Of a DNA stretch of 64,000 nt, positions 30,101 through 39,057 are shown piece after piece; positions within the stretch are counted from its first letter, which is position 1; the number at the start of each line of letters is the position of its first letter. The stretch is taken from NCBI GenBank assembly GCA_965217865.1, contig CBDCJO010000002.1:3360001-3424000 (forward strand), in the 5' to 3' direction. A program made the position numbers and the translations under genes. The notes under the pieces were generated by a model, which was not told the DNA's origin, did not search any database, and saw nothing but the letters and a program-made list of their open reading frames with translations. This stretch comes from Candidatus Latescibacterota bacterium (GTDB lineage Bacteria; Latescibacterota; UBA2968; SICM01).

Positions 30101-31695
30101 TTTTGGAGTATACGGCGGATGAGTTTCGGGATCTGGGCACGGTTGTTCCCCGTGCGTGGTATACAAAGGCGACGCGCGTGATTGGGGAAATCGGGTCCGC
30201 GGAGGCGTCGTCGGTTGTGGGGGTGGTTCCTGAGGAGCCTGTGGTGACGGGCATCGACACGTGTCTTTCCGCGGGGAGGTGGATTGTGGGGAAGTCGACG
30301 TGCATTCTACCGGACAGTATGGCGCTGGATCTTGGGATATCGGGGGAGGATTTGGGTCGTGCCACGGTTCGTGTGTTCGGGAGGGAGATGGTTGTAGTGG
30401 GTATCATGGACACGGAGCGTTTGAAGGGTTTGCAGGATCTTGACGGCGCTTCATTGACGCCCGTTGATTTCAGTTTGGTTCCCGAGGATGTGTTGGCGGA
30501 GCAGCTTCAGCAGGCGGCCGTTTCGCAGGGCGCGGCGCAGAGCCAGGCGGGTCGGCAGGCGGGTTCGACGGTGGGGATACACGTTTATAGGCATCTGAAT
30601 CCCGGACGGGTGGTGTTTCTGCCTTATCACACGATGCGGGACATGGGTGGCGTGGGGACCTGGCTCGGGGCGACAACGGGGAGTCTGCGTTCCGTGGCAG
30701 TGAAGTTCGACGAGGGGATCGATGTGGGGAAGGTGGTGGAGAACTTCGTTTCGCGGTTGGAGCTGACGGTGTTTGGCAGCATTCCGAGGGAGGATGCGGT
30801 TGGGGCGGATGTGTATGTTTTCAGCTCGCACGGCATGGCCTCTGTGTCGGGTTTGAGCATGTTGCTGATCCCGATTGCGATCGCGGCTTTGATTGTTTTG
30901 AACACGATGATGGGTGCGGTGTATGAGCGTTTCCGGGACATCAGGATCTACTCGTCGGTCGGTCTTGCGCCTTCTCACATCGGTCTGTTGTTTATGGCGG
31001 AGTCGTGTGTGTATGCGGTGATCGGGGCAGTGGGGGGATATCTCGTCGCCCAGGGCGTGGGTCGGATGCTGTTGACCATGGGGCTTTTGGAGGGTTTGAC
31101 GCTGAACTATTCGTCGATGTCCGCTGTGATGGCGATGGGTTTGGTGATGGCGGTTGTGATGTTGTCGACGTTGTATCCTGCGAAGAGGGCGTCGGAGATG
31201 GCGGTTCCCGACGTGACGCGGCGTTGGGAGTGGTCGGATCCGACCGGCGATCGGTGGCTATTTGAGTTTCCGTTTACGGTGTCGGGTCGAGACGTGAAAG
31301 GGCTTTTTTCGTTCTTGGCAACCTATTTTCAAGCATATAGCAAGTATTCGCTTGGTGAGTTTTATGCGGAGCAGGTGTATTTGCATCAGGAGGAGACGCC
31401 AGAGGGACTTTCCTATACGATAGACATGCGGATGTGGTTGGCGCCGTTTGACATGGGGGTGAGTCAGGATACGGTGTTACGTGCCACTGCGACGGGTCAG
31501 TATGGGATATACGAGATAGAGATGGTACTGAATCGTATGAGCGGTGAATTTCAGGCGTGGAAGCGTACGAATCGACTGTTTTTGACTTTGCTGCGCAAGC
31601 AGTTTTTGATCTGGCGCACCCTTTCGGACGAGGTCCGTCAGGAATATGCCAGAGTCGATCCGACACTGCAGGAGGAATCGGCCGCTCAGGCCTGA
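27145..31695 (+). CDS. 1516-aa protein: M28-peptidase-like/PA domain plus MacB/FtsX-type permease
   Basis: SRVTGY.G, NVVG.FEG.D....Q.VMLSAYYD, LGLDLSS; TM bundle; SNMRRRRMRTALT; GAVYER.RDI.IYSSVGL.P.HI..LF.AE. Confidence 0.8.
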   Translation: MAGSPHISLRIFGRLGLVALLFCVLVLVVDFFRGLSTGISSVPAEKSREIVEAVFLPDVSAERLRRTVSRLSSLESRVTGYAGATDAAHYLEREFRRLGMTDVRLEPFPVTVPMDHGASITILGIGEEIPLRCVWPNLIRTPTTLGVRGNLIYGGDGEFADFDGKDVRGNVVLMDFNSAGRWVNAGILGAGAVVFIAPDSTTTGEAEGKFAEVPVAMPRFYVGREDGDRLLGLSDRGMVVEVRGRMTWEVLEGYNVVGRFEGVDPALRDQEVMLSAYYDGMSVVPSLAPAAEMACSIAGLLELGEMLRARPPSRTVVFLATSGHCQNLRGIDAFMQRHSRKREDATDLMIEPLFPKLFLGLDLSSWNTGLAVWDSREKMGATQFAHSKSFFGVSLGRRLAGMAEGVAERMGKEVEDIFVNVIASQQSDKAWGMVFPGRPLAIESEYALACGTPALSLITSYDARLRVDSPLDRIEGVNFDNLRTQMVFIGGFLTRVLNDPGALDDVINLDMGDKAWGVKGRVKAFSRYAITPDIELGGAVAALRSGRESKSHKGVRGEYIELADEHGVFEVTRLFREYGLEVHAFILDRTTGDITFAPDRGESTYPLELRPKWRGTELPLTVLFRSVPTSFYETVDPRQLGRLSDIVVMDEGNSAPSHYGYFFEKADVRYRDEEPTMGVVFTEPGKRVKLTLSTGLFGVRFMLLNVGPEGGEGEGFLAEEPSAFMETAFTAARDMWRLDEGRIQELSSYGIQNTRLTALHDKAGALLRKAEEAREDRRWSDFVEHARAAQGVEARAYPDVKGTQNDVIRGVVFFMAMLIPCAFFAERLVFAFPDIRKQIGGFFLFFFGVWICLSVVHPAFSLANPALVLIAFLILALATLVLKLVSGRFMAQMRALRTDAAVAHGTDIGRGGAFYAAFMLGISNMRRRRMRTALTLATVLLLTFTVMSFTSLKFMLRHMRIPWTEGDFRAGVLIRDGAWNILDDSVLEYTADEFRDLGTVVPRAWYTKATRVIGEIGSAEASSVVGVVPEEPVVTGIDTCLSAGRWIVGKSTCILPDSMALDLGISGEDLGRATVRVFGREMVVVGIMDTERLKGLQDLDGASLTPVDFSLVPEDVLAEQLQQAAVSQGAAQSQAGRQAGSTVGIHVYRHLNPGRVVFLPYHTMRDMGGVGTWLGATTGSLRSVAVKFDEGIDVGKVVENFVSRLELTVFGSIPREDAVGADVYVFSSHGMASVSGLSMLLIPIAIAALIVLNTMMGAVYERFRDIRIYSSVGLAPSHIGLLFMAESCVYAVIGAVGGYLVAQGVGRMLLTMGLLEGLTLNYSSMSAVMAMGLVMAVVMLSTLYPAKRASEMAVPDVTRRWEWSDPTGDRWLFEFPFTVSGRDVKGLFSFLATYFQAYSKYSLGEFYAEQVYLHQEETPEGLSYTIDMRMWLAPFDMGVSQDTVLRATATGQYGIYEIEMVLNRMSGEFQAWKRTNRLFLTLLRKQFLIWRTLSDEVRQEYARVDPTLQEESAAQA

Positions 31696-31756
31696 TGTCG
31701 ACGGTCTATGAGCCGGCAAGAATCTCTTAGGAAGGAATCGAATCGCTCTCGCCGGC

Positions 31757-32875
31757 TTACCCGCTTATCCCCGCATAATAGACCTTCTCCGAAACCTCCG
31801 CCCAACTCGTGACGTTTTTCCTGAAGGACCGAAAGGACTCGTAGACCGTTCTGCTCATAGGGTCCGTCGACACCAGCTCATCGACGACTTCCTCGGAAAA
31901 GTTTCTCAAGGCGTCCAGCACCTCGTCCGGGAACTTCCGGAGCTTCACGTTGTGTTCGTTGATCAGTTTCTGCAGCGATGTGTTGTTCTTCGATTCAAAC
32001 TGGGAAAGGACCCGGATGTTAGACCTGGCCGATGCGGTCCGGACCATGGTCTGGAGGTCTTTCGGAAGGCCGTCGAACGCGGTTTTATTCACGATCAGTT
32101 CGACGACGGTCCCCGGTTCGTGCCAGCCCGGGTAATAATAGTACTCGGCGGCTTTGTAAAATCCCATCAACTGGTCGTGGTAGGGGCCGATCCATTCGGT
32201 AGCATCGATCACGCCTCGCTCTAGGTTGGTGAAGATTTCTCCTCCGGCCGACAGGACGGCCGAACCACCGGCCTTCGCAATGACCTTCCCCCCCAGCCCC
32301 GGAATGCGCATCTTCAGGCCCTTGAGATCCTGTAAGGAATTGATCTCCCGGTTGAACCATCCCCCCATCTGAAATCCCGTATTCCCCGCGGGCATGGGGG
32401 TCAGGTTAAACGGGGCATATAAGTTCTCCCACTGCTCCAATCCGCCCCCGCTGTAAATCCAGGCGTGCATCTGTTGGGCGTTCATGCCGAACGGAACGGC
32501 CGAAAAAAACTGTGAGGCCGGCGCCTTTCCTGCCCAGTAGTAGGAAGCTCCGTGGCACATTTCAGCCACGCCCTGGCTCACCGCCTCGAATCCCTCGAGG
32601 GGCGGGATTAATTCCCCGCCTCCATAAACGCGGATCTTCAGCCGCCCCTCTGACATCTCTTCGATCCACTCTGCCATCGTGTCGGCACTCTCTCCGAGGA
32701 TGGGGAAGTGAGGCGGCCACGTGGTCACCATTTTCCATTCATACCGCTTTCCGGACCGGACGGCAGGGGCCTTCTCCTGTCGGGGAGATCCGCAGCCTGC
32801 CGCAAGAGCGGCCCCACTCGTGAGCGCAGCCGTGGTTGCCTTCTTTAAAAATTTACGCCGCTTGATCGTGTCCAT
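31757..32875 (-). CDS. TRAP substrate-binding protein (DctP/TakP-like), Tat lipoprotein
   Basis: KRRKFLK Tat motif, AAGC lipobox, ASYYW, GNTG.QMGGWF, KMRIPGLG, EWIGP, YYYPGWHEPG. Confidence 0.93.
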   Translation of the reverse strand: MDTIKRRKFLKKATTAALTSGAALAAGCGSPRQEKAPAVRSGKRYEWKMVTTWPPHFPILGESADTMAEWIEEMSEGRLKIRVYGGGELIPPLEGFEAVSQGVAEMCHGASYYWAGKAPASQFFSAVPFGMNAQQMHAWIYSGGGLEQWENLYAPFNLTPMPAGNTGFQMGGWFNREINSLQDLKGLKMRIPGLGGKVIAKAGGSAVLSAGGEIFTNLERGVIDATEWIGPYHDQLMGFYKAAEYYYYPGWHEPGTVVELIVNKTAFDGLPKDLQTMVRTASARSNIRVLSQFESKNNTSLQKLINEHNVKLRKFPDEVLDALRNFSEEVVDELVSTDPMSRTVYESFRSFRKNVTSWAEVSEKVYYAGISG

Positions 32876-32900
32876 CTGGATCCTCCATCGGAAAGGCCGT

Positions 32901-33020
32901 CGATCGTGGATCGTGAATCGAGACTCGGAAAAACCCGTATCCTATCGATTAAATCCTTGACTGGTCCTTAAATTATTCGCATCGCTTAACGAATCACGAA
33001 TCACGAATCACGAATCACGA
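32901..33020. repeat. Dispersed heptamer-flanked element, copy 1
   Basis: GATCGTG-like left arm, core GACTCGGAAAAACCCG.ATCCTATCGAT.AAATCC.TGAC...AAATTATTCGCATCG, then (ACGAATC)x4. Confidence 0.88.
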
Positions 33021-33163
33021 GGGAAAAGTATGGGCGATAAGATATGTTTGCAAGGGGTTTATTCGGAATTGGAGGTTTCACTTGACAGCAACCCGGATGT
33101 CGGGCATTTTGGCCGTGAAGGCTCAGGATTCAATGACGGGAACTCTGACAAGAAAGGAATTCG

Positions 33164-35935
33164 ATGGGCGATCAGGATAAAAGGCTTTTCCTGCTTGACG
33201 GAATGGCCCTGGTCTACCGGGCACATTTCGCGATGAGCCGCACTCCCATTACCTCATCCTCGGGAATGAACACATCCGCCACCCTCGTTTTTACGAACAC
33301 GTTGCTGGATATCCTGAATAAGCAGGATCCCACGCACATCGGGGTGGTGTTCGACACGCCTGAACCGACCCATAGAGACAAGCTGTATCCGGAATACAAG
33401 GCCCAGCGGGAGGCCATGCCGGAGGACCTGAGCCGGTCCATGCCCTATATTTTCCGTATTTGCGGGGCCTTCAATCTCCCTACTATTCGCGTCCCGGGTT
33501 GGGAGGCGGACGATGTAATCGGGACCCTTGCCGAACGGTCCGAGCCCGAGGGGTTCACCACCTACATGGTGACTCCGGACAAGGACTTCGGGCAGCTTGT
33601 TTCAGACCGGACTCTGATATGCAAGCCGGCCCGAGCCGGAGGGGGAATGGAGGTCCTGGGTGTAAGGGAGGTGCTGGACCGCTGGAAGATCGAGCGGGTG
33701 GAGCAGGTCACGGACATCTTCGGGCTGATGGGTGACAGCAGTGACAACGTTCCCGGGGTGCCTGGCATCGGGGAGAAGACAGCACAAAAACTGATCGGAC
33801 AGTTCGGGAGCCTGGAAAATCTATTGGATCACGTGAGTGAGTTGAAGGGCAAGCAACGGGAGAACCTCGAGACTTACCGGGATCAGGCCCTTCTTTCCAA
33901 AGAGCTGGTCACGATCGATCGCAATGTCCCCCTGGAAATAAGGTTATCGGGTCTTCAGCGGAGGGAATGGGACTCTGAGCGCCTGATGGAAATCTTCAAT
34001 GAATTGGAGTTCGACGTCCTGGGAAAACGGCTTTTTGGGGATGCGTTCCAGGCCGATCCCAAAGGCCCCCCCACGGAACCCGGCGAGGCCGCTGGTGGTA
34101 CAGTGCCTTCCCGGGAGGTGAAGACCATCCAGGAGGTGGCGCATTCATATTGTTTGGTCGATACCCCTGATGAGAGAAGGGGATTGATTCAAAAGTTATC
34201 CCTGCAGCCGCTTTTCAGTTTCGACACGGAGACCACCGGACTGGATTCCAAGACTTGTGGTTTGATCGGTATGGCCTTTTCTTTCGAAGCCCACAGCGGA
34301 ACCTATGTTCCCCTCCCGGAGGATCGGGATGAGGTCGTGTCGATCCTCGAGGAGTTCCGGCCGGTCTTGGAAAATCCTGCGATCGAAAAGGTCGGGCACA
34401 ACCTCAAATTCGACCTGAGCGTGTTCTCCTGGCACGGAATCCTGGTGAGGGGCCGTCTGTTCGATACGATGCTGGCCGCACATTTGGCTGCCCCGGACCT
34501 CCGGCGCACCCTGGACTACCTTGCCGAGGCTCTGCTTAGCTACCGGCCCATATCCATTTCGGATCTGATCGGGGAGAAGGGCGAGGATCAGTTGAGTCTG
34601 CGGGAGCTGCCGATTGAAAAGGTCGTGGACTACGCGGCTGAGGATGCGGACATTACCTTTCAATTGTCCGGGAAATTGAGGCCGATGCTTTCGGAAAAAA
34701 ACCAGGAACGCGTGTTCAATGAGGTGGAATGTCCTCTGATTCCGGTCCTCGTGAACATGGAATTCGAAGGCATCAGGATGGACGTGGAGGTCCTGCGAAA
34801 CCTGTCCGATGAACTGCGGGCCGAGATCGACCAGACGGCCGAGCGCATCTTCGAGCTTGCGGGGGAGCGGTTCAACCTTAACTCGTCGCAGCAGCTGGGG
34901 ATTATCTTTTTTGATAAACTCAAGCTGGACCCGGCAGCCCGGCGCACCCAGAAGACAAAGCAGTACCAGACGAACGAACTGGCCCTCACCCGCCTGGCTC
35001 AAAATCACGAGATCGTCCAGAAGGTCCTGTATTACCGGTTGTGCACGAAACTCAAGTCGACTTACCTGGATATGTTGCCCGGCACGATCTTCCCGAAGAC
35101 GGGCCGGGTGCACACCCATTACGAGCAGGCCGTGACGGCTACCGGACGGATGCAATCCCACGGACCGAACCTCCAGACCATCCCCGTCCGGAGCGAGCAG
35201 GGTAGGGAGATCCGGAAGGCCTTCGTTCCTCGCAACGATGCCTTCACGCTGCTTTCGGCAGACTACTCCCAGATCGAATTACGGATCGCGGCGGAGCTGA
35301 GCGGGGATGAGGGTATGCTGGAGACCTTCCGGAGCGGGGGCGACATTCACACCGCGACGGCGATGAAGATTTACGGACTGAATGAAGAGGATGTGACGGC
35401 GGATATGCGGAGGAAGTCGAAGATGGTGAACTTTGGGATTATCTACGGTATTTCAGCCTTCGGCCTGTCCGAACGGCTGGACATTCCCCGGCCTCAGGCG
35501 GCTGAGCTCATCGAACAATATTTTACGCAGTATCCGGGCGCCCGAAAGTACATGGACGAGACCATCGCCTTCGCCCGGGAAAACGGGTTTGTCGAGACGA
35601 TCACGGGCAGGCGCCGCTATCTTCGGGACATCGACAGCCGCAACGCGGCGACCCGCAAAGCGGCCGAACGCAACGCCATCAACTCCCCGATCCAGGGATC
35701 CGCGGCCGATATGATAAAGATCGCCATGGTCACGATTCACCGGGAATTGAACGAGAGGAAATTCAAGACGAAGATGCTTCTTCAGGTGCACGACGAGCTG
35801 GTCTTCGATCTGCACAAGGATGAGATCGATGCGATACCGCCGATCGTGGAAAAGGCCATGAAACACGCCATCCCGATGAAGGTCCCGATCGTGGTCGAGA
35901 TGGGCTTTGGAGACAATTGGTTGGGTGCCCACTGA
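33164..35935 (+). CDS. polA: DNA polymerase I
   Basis: 5'-3' exonuclease (EADD, DKD, GDSSDN.PG), 3'-5' exonuclease (FDTETT), polymerase motifs ADYSQIELR, K.VNFGIIYG, QVHDEL. Confidence 0.98.
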   Translation: MGDQDKRLFLLDGMALVYRAHFAMSRTPITSSSGMNTSATLVFTNTLLDILNKQDPTHIGVVFDTPEPTHRDKLYPEYKAQREAMPEDLSRSMPYIFRICGAFNLPTIRVPGWEADDVIGTLAERSEPEGFTTYMVTPDKDFGQLVSDRTLICKPARAGGGMEVLGVREVLDRWKIERVEQVTDIFGLMGDSSDNVPGVPGIGEKTAQKLIGQFGSLENLLDHVSELKGKQRENLETYRDQALLSKELVTIDRNVPLEIRLSGLQRREWDSERLMEIFNELEFDVLGKRLFGDAFQADPKGPPTEPGEAAGGTVPSREVKTIQEVAHSYCLVDTPDERRGLIQKLSLQPLFSFDTETTGLDSKTCGLIGMAFSFEAHSGTYVPLPEDRDEVVSILEEFRPVLENPAIEKVGHNLKFDLSVFSWHGILVRGRLFDTMLAAHLAAPDLRRTLDYLAEALLSYRPISISDLIGEKGEDQLSLRELPIEKVVDYAAEDADITFQLSGKLRPMLSEKNQERVFNEVECPLIPVLVNMEFEGIRMDVEVLRNLSDELRAEIDQTAERIFELAGERFNLNSSQQLGIIFFDKLKLDPAARRTQKTKQYQTNELALTRLAQNHEIVQKVLYYRLCTKLKSTYLDMLPGTIFPKTGRVHTHYEQAVTATGRMQSHGPNLQTIPVRSEQGREIRKAFVPRNDAFTLLSADYSQIELRIAAELSGDEGMLETFRSGGDIHTATAMKIYGLNEEDVTADMRRKSKMVNFGIIYGISAFGLSERLDIPRPQAAELIEQYFTQYPGARKYMDETIAFARENGFVETITGRRRYLRDIDSRNAATRKAAERNAINSPIQGSAADMIKIAMVTIHRELNERKFKTKMLLQVHDELVFDLHKDEIDAIPPIVEKAMKHAIPMKVPIVVEMGFGDNWLGAH

Positions 35936-36773
35936 TCAGGACCAGACGAAGATATCATCGCTTTCTGGGGAATATCCGATGAATACGGCGAGGACGATCC
36001 GATTGAACGGGCCCGGGACGGCCGGCACCTCGTGAATCATTCGACTGTTGAAGAAGGTGAGGTCTCCGGGCTGAAGCCCGATCCTGTAATTTTCGATCCG
36101 GTTCTCAGCCGTGTAAGCGTGGAACGCCCGGGCTTCCAGGTGGGGTTGGACCTCGGGGGTCCAGAGGCATCGGTGGATGAGGGCCTGTGGGCTTCCGTCC
36201 TCAGCCAGAGCGTTTTGAAAGCAGAGGATCCCGGCAAACTGGTGCTCGAACCGGGCAACCGCATAGTTGAAGAGCCCTTCCCGCAGGGTGACGTGATTGA
36301 TGTGCGGTCGGTATGCGTGTCCTTCATAGTGGATGCGAAAGATGGCGGGTCCATAAAGGCGTCCGTCGGGCTCGCGGGCAACTTTGACCTCCTTGCTGCC
36401 GGCCAGGCTTGAGAGGGACTGATACAAAGTCCGGACGGGGTCGTCAAACCCGTCGAACAGGTCGTTGAAGAGTGCGTGTGTTCTCCGTAGCGTGCTGCAA
36501 AAACTCCTCTTTATCCCCGCTTCGTTCCCCGAGACTGGTTCCAATATCTATCCGGGTACGGGAGTCCCCCCCGGTCGAAGCCCCCGGAACCCGCATCAGA
36601 CCCCGCTCGATAAACCTTCGGATCAATCCCTTGCAGTGTTCCGGGTTGTAAGCCCGGCGCAGGATAATGGCAGGTATCCGACCTTCGGAGAGCGCCAGGA
36701 GCGGATCGCTGTCCCGAGAAAGGACCGTCTCCAGATCCGGATCGAGCGGTACCCATTCAGGGGAAGAGGGCAT
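35936..36773 (-). pseudogene. Putative 2OG-Fe(II) oxygenase-like protein split by a frameshift near 36485
   Basis: N-terminal part MPSSPEWVPL..IDIGTSLG and C-terminal part THALF..RPHINH..PGDL.FFNSRMIHEV..RIVL lie in different frames. Confidence 0.6.
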
Positions 36774-36786
36774 AAAGTCTCCTTTT

Positions 36787-37593
36787 TTAACCGGTGATCT
36801 TCGAGTCCAGGGACGACGCCCAGGAGAACCCACTCCGGGGGAAATCGGGAGGAAACCCCTGATAGGGGACAAGCTCTACAAATCCCGTGTAGTCCACTGC
36901 CTTGAGCGTTCTGAAGACACTATCCCAATCCACGATATCACCCGGTTCCCCCGGCACACACTGCTGCGAGTAGGGGTAGTAGCGGAACATGCCCTTGATC
37001 CTGACGTGGCGCAGATGATCTTTGAAATCGACAATCGCACGGCAGGGATCGTCCATCAGGATCGCCAGATTGGCGCAATCTAGGTTGACCTGGAGTCTCT
37101 CCGAGTCCAGATGGTGTCTGAGGAGAGCGAATCCGTTGGCCGTGTCTATCAGATGGTTTTCGTGGTTGTGCATGAGAAGGTCGATGCCGACCTCTTCGGC
37201 GTGGCGGCAGAGGGGCTTGAGGACTTGAATCATGAGCCGCCAACCCTCTCTTTCACCGTCTGAGAACGTACAGGGGAGGAACTTGACGCCCGATGCGCCC
37301 AGATCGGCGGCCAGATCCAGAATTTGGCGATAGAACCGCTCGGTTTCCCCGCTCTGGACGCCGTCGACGAATCCGCCGACACGCCACGGGTTCAAGATGC
37401 TGAAGGCGATGTTTCGCTCCCTGGCAAGATTCTTGTAGAAGGCCTTCCGACTGTCGGTAAGGTCGTCGGGATCCAGATGACAGTCGGGTCCGGTGATCGG
37501 ACCGCAGGCCGCGTAGCCGATGTCGGCCAGCTCGTTGATGGCTTCTTCGAAGGAAACCCACTCGAGCCCGCAGGTGTGAAAGCTGAGTTTCAT
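36787..37593 (-). CDS. Sugar phosphate isomerase/epimerase (xylose-isomerase-like TIM barrel)
   Basis: HNHE, NLDCAN, HVRIKG, PG..G.VDW......L..VDYTGFVE. Confidence 0.85.
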   Translation of the reverse strand: MKLSFHTCGLEWVSFEEAINELADIGYAACGPITGPDCHLDPDDLTDSRKAFYKNLARERNIAFSILNPWRVGGFVDGVQSGETERFYRQILDLAADLGASGVKFLPCTFSDGEREGWRLMIQVLKPLCRHAEEVGIDLLMHNHENHLIDTANGFALLRHHLDSERLQVNLDCANLAILMDDPCRAIVDFKDHLRHVRIKGMFRYYPYSQQCVPGEPGDIVDWDSVFRTLKAVDYTGFVELVPYQGFPPDFPRSGFSWASSLDSKITG

Positions 37594-37656
37594 GGCGGAA
37601 GCCTCTTTCCGGAAAGGCGAAATGGGAATCGGGTTAAAATCGGGAACGCGCCGGGG

Positions 37657-38787
37657 TCAGCTATGGTCCAGGGCCTCGCGGAGGGATTCAAGAAGCCGTT
37701 CGATGTCCTCGTGGGTGTTGTAGCCGTGGATGGCGATACGCAGACGGCCCGCGTGGCTCATGATATGTATGTTCTTTTCGTGAAGGACCCGGTGGATCCG
37801 CTCCGCATCGGGATGGCGAAAGGCGAGGATTCCAGCGATTGCTTCGGGTTCGTCCGGCGTCAGGATTTCGACCGGGAGTTTTTTCAGACCTTCCAGGCAA
37901 GCCTGGACCAGGGTACTTGCATAGGCATCGATAGCGGATACGCCGACGGAATGGATGTAATCCAGCGCCCCGTTGATCGCATAGACGGCCGCGTAGTTGG
38001 GCATGCCGACCGTAAAGCTCGGGGCCCCGGGTTGGCTTTCGGCTTGATCGAACCGCCCCTCCCGGAACGGATCCTTCAGGTTGAACCAGCCCCCGGCCGG
38101 GACTGTCCACTGGGTTTTTCGTGCATCGGGGACGCCGACCAGTCCTCCGCCGTGGGTGGCGAGTATCCATTTGTGGGTGGAACTGATGATCAGGTCCACG
38201 TCGGACAGATCGAGAGGGATCCGACCCAGTGCCTGGGTGACGTCTACCGCGACCAGGGAGGGGGAGCGGTGTCTCACTGCTTTGAGGGTTTCGGGCAGGG
38301 GAATCTTGAATCCGTTGAAAAAACTCACCAGAGAAACTGTCAGAAACCGCGTCTTAGCGCCCAGCAAGGGGATTAAGTCTTCGACGCGAAGGGCGCCCTC
38401 ACGAGAACGCCATACCTTTACTTCGGCCGGGCAGGTCGATTGAAGCCAGGGGGTGGCCCCGGCCGGAAAATCCAGGTCGTTGATGATCACCTCGTCGCCG
38501 CTTTTGAGCTGAAGGGCCATGGCCGCGAGGTTGTAGGCCTCGGACGAACAGGAGCAGATCCCGATCTCTCCGGGTGTCAAGCCGAATGCGCGCGCAATCC
38601 GTTCTCTGGCGGAATTCCACTGGTCCTCGTGAAGTTTTCGGCCGTCCATCCCCAACAATTTGTCTTGCGCGTACTGAGAAAGGGTATCGATCACCGCACG
38701 TGGAGGGATACCCTCTGCTGCGGTGTTCAGGTAGGTCCGGTCGTTGAGGGAGGGAAAGTCCGCCTCCCGAGAAGCCTGTGTTAGCAT
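37657..38787 (-). CDS. Class V PLP-dependent aminotransferase-fold enzyme
   Basis: YLNTAAEG, VDVTQALG, STHKW (PLP lysine), LRIAIHGYN; no cysteine-desulfurase catalytic Cys evident. Confidence 0.88.
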   Translation of the reverse strand: MLTQASREADFPSLNDRTYLNTAAEGIPPRAVIDTLSQYAQDKLLGMDGRKLHEDQWNSARERIARAFGLTPGEIGICSCSSEAYNLAAMALQLKSGDEVIINDLDFPAGATPWLQSTCPAEVKVWRSREGALRVEDLIPLLGAKTRFLTVSLVSFFNGFKIPLPETLKAVRHRSPSLVAVDVTQALGRIPLDLSDVDLIISSTHKWILATHGGGLVGVPDARKTQWTVPAGGWFNLKDPFREGRFDQAESQPGAPSFTVGMPNYAAVYAINGALDYIHSVGVSAIDAYASTLVQACLEGLKKLPVEILTPDEPEAIAGILAFRHPDAERIHRVLHEKNIHIMSHAGRLRIAIHGYNTHEDIERLLESLREALDHS

Positions 38788-38811
38788 TTCGATTCCTGGA
38801 AAAGCCGGGGT

Positions 38812-39057
38812 CCGTGGATAGTGACTCGTGACTCGGAAAAACCCGAATCCTATCGATAAAATCCATGACCGTTCACCAAATTATTCGCATCGATTCTTAA
38901 CGAATCACGAATCACGAATCACGAATCACGAATCACGAATCACGAATCACGAATCACGAATCACGAATCACGAATCACGAATCACGAATCACGAATCACG
39001 AATCACGAATCACGAATCACGAATCACGAATCACGAATCACGAATCACGAATCACGA
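38812..39057. repeat. Dispersed heptamer-flanked element, copy 2, with (ACGAATC)x22
   Basis: Same core as 32901-33020; 22 perfect units at 38900-39053. Confidence 0.95.

Noticed and set aside
38900-39053. Possible CRISPR array
   Set aside because: Contiguous 7-bp units with no spacers, and no cas genes in the window.
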